A stretch of 63,660 nucleotides of DNA, the filler included, from Octopus bimaculoides (taxonomy: Eukaryota): the NCBI RefSeq assembly GCF_001194135.2. It is 7 parts of 6 records of this genome, joined end to end, with 100 filler letters (N's around TTAATTAATTAA, not from the genome) between each part and the next. Parts side by side here need not be neighbours in the genome. Positions count along the whole stretch, not along the records: positions 61,618 to 63,660 come from NC_068986.1; 6 more parts are not named here. One strand, 5' to 3'. The position numbers and the translations under genes are program-made. Numbering within the stretch: position 1 is the stretch's first letter; each line of letters starts with the position of its first letter. The notes below the pieces were generated by a model. The model saw only the letters and a list, made by a program, of their open reading frames with translations. It did no database searches and was not told the DNA's origin. Shown here piece after piece: positions 63,005 through 63,660 of the stretch.

Positions 63005-63660
63005 CAATTCAATTAGTTCATCACTATACTTGCTCTATGATGCGACAAGAAATTCGATAAGAAATCTTTTCTTTTCACATCTCGGGTCAATATCGATTAC
63101 GAAAGAACTAGAATTTATTGTTTTGCTACTAATTGTCATTATCATTAATAATAATACCATATAACTTTTGTGCTTAATAAGTAAGACCGCATTTAAACAT
63201 TAATATAATATGGAATGCTTCCCTTTGTCTGGGACAATTGCAATTTGATTTTCTTGATTGCTAATTTTTATACTTCGTGTCACTTATGTATAAATTAGAT
63301 ACCATATATTCTGCCATACGTTCATACGTACTCACATGCACACACACAGTTATGTGCGTGTACTTTTTACATTTTCGAAGGCTTATATAGCAATATATAT
63401 TTACATAGACTTTGTGTAAGCATGCATGTGCAGACACACACACACACACATACACACGCACGCACGCATGCATGCATGCACAAGCACGCGCACGTGCGCA
63501 CACACGGATGTATAGACACATAGGTATATATGCGGGCAGGCGCAGCTATGTGGTAAGAAGTTCGTTTCCTAATCCACACTGCATGGTACCTTGACCAAGT
63601 GTCTTTCGCTTTAGCCCCGGGTCCACCAAGCTCTTGCTATATATATATATATATATATAT

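Overview
Repeat-saturated, AT-rich eukaryotic DNA with many N-gaps. The SINE families, extreme microsatellite density and the H2B N-terminus point to an octopus (coleoid cephalopod) genome; this is my recognition, not a database result. Six identical 100-bp spacers (44 N + TTAATTAATTAA + 44 N) are artificial scaffold linkers, so the window is seven joined blocks. I find no intact protein-coding gene, rRNA, functional tRNA or CRISPR; almost all long ORFs in the supplied track are microsatellite or N artefacts. Supported content: (i) about 30 copies or fragments of three tRNA-derived SINE families (called A, B, C here) plus an unclassified family E; (ii) decayed DNA transposons (two hAT types, Tigger/pogo, several mariner/Tc1 remnants and MITEs); (iii) Penelope-like RT, RTE-like RT and possible Gypsy integrase fragments; (iv) a truncated histone H2B pseudogene; (v) micro- and minisatellites. 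The best leads are a tRNA-headed short element carrying a minimal type I hammerhead-ribozyme motif (54661-54938), a fold-back element whose two arms each contain a tRNA-like gene (51348-51711), head-to-tail SINE multimers with swapped tails, a mariner element made of two 5' ends, and a cluster of TAATCC motifs.
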